Source: Eledone cirrhosa (Eukaryota). Taken from it: a stretch of 64,000 nucleotides of DNA. A model generated the notes under the pieces. It was not told the origin of the DNA. It saw only the letters and a program-made list of their open reading frames with translations, and did not search any database. The stretch lies in contig OZ024745.1 of NCBI GenBank assembly GCA_964016885.1, positions 114,080,001-114,144,000 on the forward strand, in the 5' to 3' direction. The translations under genes were made by a program, and so were the position numbers. Below are positions 59,020 to 64,000 of the stretch, one piece after another; the stretch's first letter is position 1; every line of letters starts with the position of its first letter.

Positions 59020-59335
59020 CTCTTAGAAAAGCATAGTTAGAGTAAGCCAATTCACGCTCACCAATCTCGACGCTATTAACCACATTTCGTGAAATTTTCT
59101 AGAAGACAGAAACTCCCTCTCTACCCTCTCTTTTCTCTTCAAGTGATACTTGAAGAAGTTTATGTAGGGTTGGTGGGAAAGGAAGTTTCTAGCCCTTAAA
59201 TATTTCACTCACGTCCACCTACACCTTCTTTTGCCATAGCAAACTGTGCAGAGAAAGTCTCGCCTCATTTTCTTGGCCAAGGGAAGAAGGAAGTTCGATT
59301 TTCACTATAGATTTAGGTAACATCTGGACGGATCC
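59020..59335 (-). pseudogene. Old Tx1-like LINE C-terminal relic; a further 3' terminus lies at 59458-59605 in (TAA)n
   Basis: FFKYHLKRKERVEREFLSSRKFHEMWL aligns to FFKYHFRRRIRMEREVLYPSKFYERWV of the 62699 ORF. Confidence 0.75.
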
Positions 59336-59367
59336 TAAATACGATAACAACCATTCGGCAAAAACTC

Positions 59368-59432
<65 letters not shown>

Positions 59433-59872
59433 TAATAATAATAGTAATAATAATAATGATTTCACTTATTAGCCACAAGGGCCGACATATAGGGGACAAT
59501 ACAAAAGACTGGGACAGTGGGGTTTTACAGAAAAATCGAGTAAACAATATGAATAACAATAACAAAGTAACAAGAAAAATACAAGAAAAATTCCCCAATA
59601 AGGGGATAATGATAATAATAATGATGATAATGATAATGGAAATAATGAAGAAATAAATTGTCTTCTTGATTATAACTTCTCGTTCATTTATACTTACAAT
59701 ATTTGATATTTATTTATCCGTTTATATTTTTATTTATACACTTATTATTTTTAATTCGGCCCAGTAAGATCCTATACAGCTTACGTAGCACCTTCATCAA
59801 AGCAATGGCCGTTTGTCTTTGTACCGCCATGTGTTATGCTTATCTCCCCTTGCTCCTGATATAGGTACTTGT

Positions 59873-60069
<197 letters not shown>

Positions 60070-60269
60070 GTATATATATATATAATTACATTATTTGTGA
60101 ATAAATCATAATTACATTTAAGGTGGTGTTGATTTTTCTTTCCGTCAATTTTTTAACTTTTACCATTTTCCTTTAATTTGATATTTTGCGACACTTTGGC
60201 TTTGTCAGGTCCAACGTTTCAAATCAATATTTTGAAATATTTGATTCCCATGATTTTATATAGGCACCC

Positions 60270-61290
60270 TTCTGTCAAAGAATGGCTTGTGAGAGCAGCG
60301 CAAGCCATGTACAGATGAACTGCCTGTAAAATGAGAGTAAGAAAAGAGTTTAGTGTGGAATTCAAGGTACAGGTAGGAGTGTATCAGGCTTCGGTCATAA
60401 GCCCACTTCTGTTTATTATAGTTCTCCAGGCCATAACAGAAGCGTTTAAAACTGGATGTTCATGAAAATGTGTTTATGCTGATGAACTGGTTCTTATAGT
60501 TCAACCCGTGGAGGAACAAGAACTTAGAATCAAAAGGGCTTAAAGTAAATTTGGTGAAAACTAGTGTGTTAGTAAATAGGAAAAAAAGGCTGAGACCTGA
60601 TCCCTTCAGGGAGGTGGCTTTGTTCAATATGCAAAAAAGGAGTAGGCGGAAAATTAATACGATATATCAAAAGGAGTAATGGAATAGCAGATAAACTAAC
60701 GGGAAAGGAAGACTTGGTTAATTGATAATAATAAGCATGTCAGAGATATAAACCTTTTCTAAACCCACGAATGATCTATAAAAATGTTTGATAGCTTCTA
60801 TTACCTAGATGAACTAATTAGCAGTGGTCGAGGGTTGTTCTGGAAGCGTAGTAGCTAGAATAATGGCAGGATGGACGAAGTTTATGGAGCTACTCTCTCT
60901 GTTAACAACAAAATGTTTATCTCCAGGAATGAAAGGACAACTTTATGACGCCTGTGTGATATGGCATGGTAGTGAAATATGGGGAGTGAATGCGGAGGAT
61001 ATACGAAGGTTATATGTTTCAATGGATATGCAATGTTAATGTGCGTGAATGACAAAGCATGAATAAACTGGAAGAAAAACTGAGTATTAGGAATTATAGT
61101 TAGTGTGTAAGAGAGAGGTCTGCACTGGTACGAACATCTGAAGCACATGGATAATGATCACTGAGTGTCAGGGAATCCCAGTAGAGGGAAGCTACAGTAG
61201 AGGATGAGCAAGGAAGACCTGGACGAAAGTGGTGAGATAACCTTAAATCGCTGAGGATCACAAAGAAGACGAAGAAAAGTGGTGGAAAAT
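60270..61290 (+). pseudogene. Degraded RTE-type LINE reverse transcriptase and C-terminus
   Basis: VGVYQASVISPLLFIIVLQAIT; YADEL; GCSGSVVARI..GW.KF.ELL.LL; KGQLYDACV..HGSEIW; many stops. Confidence 0.8.
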
Positions 61291-62094
61291 TCCATTCAAA
61301 CATGGGAAAGTGGGTGTAAAAACTATGATTGCGCTTAATCATTCCATCTGGACACTAGCAACAAAGATTTCCTGTTAATCTGGCGCAAACCGTCGCTCTA
61401 AATTCAATTCGTATGTTGCAAACCCTTTAGTCACTTTAAGGTTTTCTGTTACACTGAATCTCTATACTCTTGAGCTAAATCCTATCATCACGAAATCCGT
61501 TGTTGCTTTCCACTCTATGGCGTTTTCGCCTAACCTAAATAAGCACGATAAAGTGAGTCCTCTCTCCACAAAGGACAATCTCTCTGACCCTGCTAACTAC
61601 TGGATACTTCCATTTAATATTTGTAGCTCAAGCAATCGTAAACAACCACCTTTGTGATCTTTTTGATTCACTATGCAAATTCGATGGAACAATATTCAAT
61701 ACAAAGTTATATAAAATCATAATGCAATACTCACAACGACGCCTATCTATTCAGCAATTCTGAGAAATTAATATGGTTGCTCTTGAGGGTGTATGATCCA
61801 AATATCTCCGAATTAATTGTCCTCCTAGAAGCTTTAGCTTTCTCTAATTCCTTTAATTTGAATGTTCCTTTAATTGTAACATGTAGGAAAAATCTCTCTG
61901 AGCTACATTTTATAGACTTCGGTATGCCTCAAAGTGTAATTATGTTCATACACTATTTTATCTATACATTACTCTACATTAGTAGACCTATCGGTGTCAC
62001 CTCTATCTATACATTCACGCAACGTAATCTATGAAGCTTATGAACCTTAAGGTTATATATCCAACTATTTTCCTTTATATAGCAATGCCCTTGT

Positions 62095-62284
62095 CGGTGG
62101 ATTGGCAATATCGGTAGAGCGTCAGACACCATGCTTTGCAGGATAGAGTTATAGCTCTTTACGTTCTGAGTTCAAATCCCGCTGAGGTTAACTTTACCTT
62201 TCATCCTTACGGGGTCGATAAAATAAAGTACCAGTAATGTACTGGGAAAATTGCTGGCCTTGTGCCAAAAGTAGAAACAATTAT
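62095..62284 (+). mobile_element. Full-length Deu/Nin-like SINE
   Basis: Colinear with the 50914 copy. Confidence 0.85.
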
Positions 62285-62454
62285 GCTTAACAATGCAGTT
62301 GCGGTGGAACTGGGGATGACCCCACCAATAATTATACTTTTCTCCCCAAACTACCAAAACACACTACAATTTATGTACATGTAGATATAGAGAGGGGGAG
62401 AGTTTGGTGTCGATATAGAGAGGGGAATTGGAAGAGAGTTCCGTGTAGTAGATA

Positions 62455-64000
62455 TATATTTCTATTTATTTGCCACCAGGGCATCAAAGATTGGGACAAA
62501 TACAAAGGGGGGAGTTTACATACATTTAAAAAGACGTGTAAAAAACATATAACAAATTAAATTTAACAATCGATGTCCTCAATAAGGGAGGGGCGTTGAC
62601 ATGGGTCGCACACACCCCCGAAAAAATGTGCAACCCTCCTCTTCAGGAGCACAAAGAGCGGGTGCTTCCTTCCTCTCCTCATTCTTCTCCTCTCTCACCT
62701 ACAGGCTGATATAGAGAGAAGGCCCATTCACTCGGGCCATTCTCGCTACTTTCACCCATCTTTCATAAAACTTGCTGGGGTAGAGCACCTCTCTCTCCAT
62801 TCTGATCCTTCTTCTAAAGTGGTACTTGAAAAAAAAGACCAGTTGTTGGCCGGAGAGATAGGTGTCTGACCTCAGCCCTTTCAACCTTGTCCACCATACA
62901 ACTTCTTTCGCCATGGCTATCACACAGAGGAAAACCGCCTCTCCTTCGTTTTTGAAAGGGGGAGGCGGTTTGATTGTGACAATGTTCTCGGTGGTCAACC
63001 GGATTGGTCCCACCCGCGACAGTAGTCGTTCTACATAGCCCCACAGGTCAGCAACGCCCGGGCAGTGTACGAATGCGTGTGCGACCGTTTCCTCGTCACG
63101 CACGCATCTTGGACAGATCTTCTTCGAGGGGTCCCTACCCGGGCGCCCGTGTCTGTAGAGCTTGTCCCGAACGGGTAGAGCTCCTCGGTAACATTGCCAA
63201 GCCAGGGACTTTGGGAAGTTGTCCATCGGTCCCGGGCCAAACGTCCTACCGAACAGACTGGCCAGCTCGTCTTCCTCCATGCCCAGAGCCTGTCCGAGAG
63301 CGTCGTCGCACTTACTGCGCACCAACCCTCTATAGAATGTTGAGGTTGAGTCTCCACTGATTGCCGGATCCGCTTGCCAGAGGGCCGTGAGCGCCTGGGC
63401 ACATTCAATGTGCCAGTCACCCATTTTTCTCGGTCTTTGCTTGATCCAGGATTGCAGCTCGGTGAGTGAGACGAGTCTCGGAAAGGCTCGCCTCACAAAC
63501 AGGGCCCACACCGGCTGACCGGTGAGGAATACCTGGAGGTGCCGTAGCCTTAATGCGTGTCTACGCATCGTCAGCCACGGCAGCCCCAGCCCTCCGTTCG
63601 AAGGGTGTTGACAGCAGATGGATCTTCTCACCAAAGGAGCCCGCTTCTTCCAAAGAAATCGGAAGAGCGCGCGCTCCATTTTGGCGAGTGTTTTCTCTGG
63701 GCAAGGCACGACGGTCAAGCGGTAGTAGATGACGGACGCTATATAAGCGTTCGCCATCTCCGCTCGACCTTTCAGGGATAGTTTGCACTCGGCCCACTTC
63801 TGGGCGAGTGCAAACACCTTGCCCGTTACCTCGTCCCAGTTTTTCTCCACCTGGAGGTCCGGTTCGAACCAGACCCCGAGCAGCTTCACCGGTCCCTCCG
63901 TCCAGCGTCCGACGATGCCGTCGGAGGGCATCGTTTTGCCCCTCCACGTCCCGAGTTGCAAACCGACGGACTTGTCCCGGTTCAGCTTGGCTCCTGTGAA
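62455..64000 (-). mobile_element. Young L1/Tx1-clade LINE (3' part, continues beyond the window)
   Basis: GC-rich, uninterrupted ORF plus ~240-nt 3'UTR ending at a TA/GATA-like tract. Confidence 0.9.
62699..64000 (-). CDS. Tx1-like LINE ORF2, C-terminal 434 codons (RT end, zf-RVT)
   Basis: Frame open to the window edge (FTGAKLNRDKS); KLLGVWF, LSLKGRA, GGLGLP, CPRC..EETVAHAFVHC. Confidence 0.9.
   Translation of the reverse strand, partial: FTGAKLNRDKSVGLQLGTWRGKTMPSDGIVGRWTEGPVKLLGVWFEPDLQVEKNWDEVTGKVFALAQKWAECKLSLKGRAEMANAYIASVIYYRLTVVPCPEKTLAKMERALFRFLWKKRAPLVRRSICCQHPSNGGLGLPWLTMRRHALRLRHLQVFLTGQPVWALFVRRAFPRLVSLTELQSWIKQRPRKMGDWHIECAQALTALWQADPAISGDSTSTFYRGLVRSKCDDALGQALGMEEDELASLFGRTFGPGPMDNFPKSLAWQCYRGALPVRDKLYRHGRPGRDPSKKICPRCVRDEETVAHAFVHCPGVADLWGYVERLLSRVGPIRLTTENIVTIKPPPPFKNEGEAVFLCVIAMAKEVVWWTRLKGLRSDTYLSGQQLVFFFKYHFRRRIRMEREVLYPSKFYERWVKVARMARVNGPSLYISL

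Noticed and set aside
62814-63999. Overlapping alternative-frame and antisense ORFs in the LINE
   Set aside because: Shadow ORFs of a GC-rich coding sequence

Overview
AT-rich, microsatellite-dense metazoan DNA, most likely an octopod cephalopod (inferred from SINE content and (TA)n/(TG)n/(CATA)n/(GATA)n density). Nearly all ORFs in the supplied track are microsatellite artefacts. The only recognisable host gene is the 3' end of an NR2E3/PNR-like nuclear receptor on the + strand, with two exons (33462-33567 and 39603-39735); no earlier exon is visible in the first 33 kb. The rest is mobile DNA: tRNA-derived SINEs, LINE fragments (R4/Dong-, RTE-, CRE- and Tx1-like), a non-autonomous Helitron and small MITEs. 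The main unexpected signal is about 10 unrelated families of short non-coding elements sitting in (TA)n/(TG)n tracts. They carry type I hammerhead ribozyme folds (complete, long-stem-II, or decayed), usually with fold-back inverted duplications whose junctions fall in or beside the ribozyme. This resembles Penelope-derived or retrozyme-like elements. All folds were paired by eye and none has been tested.
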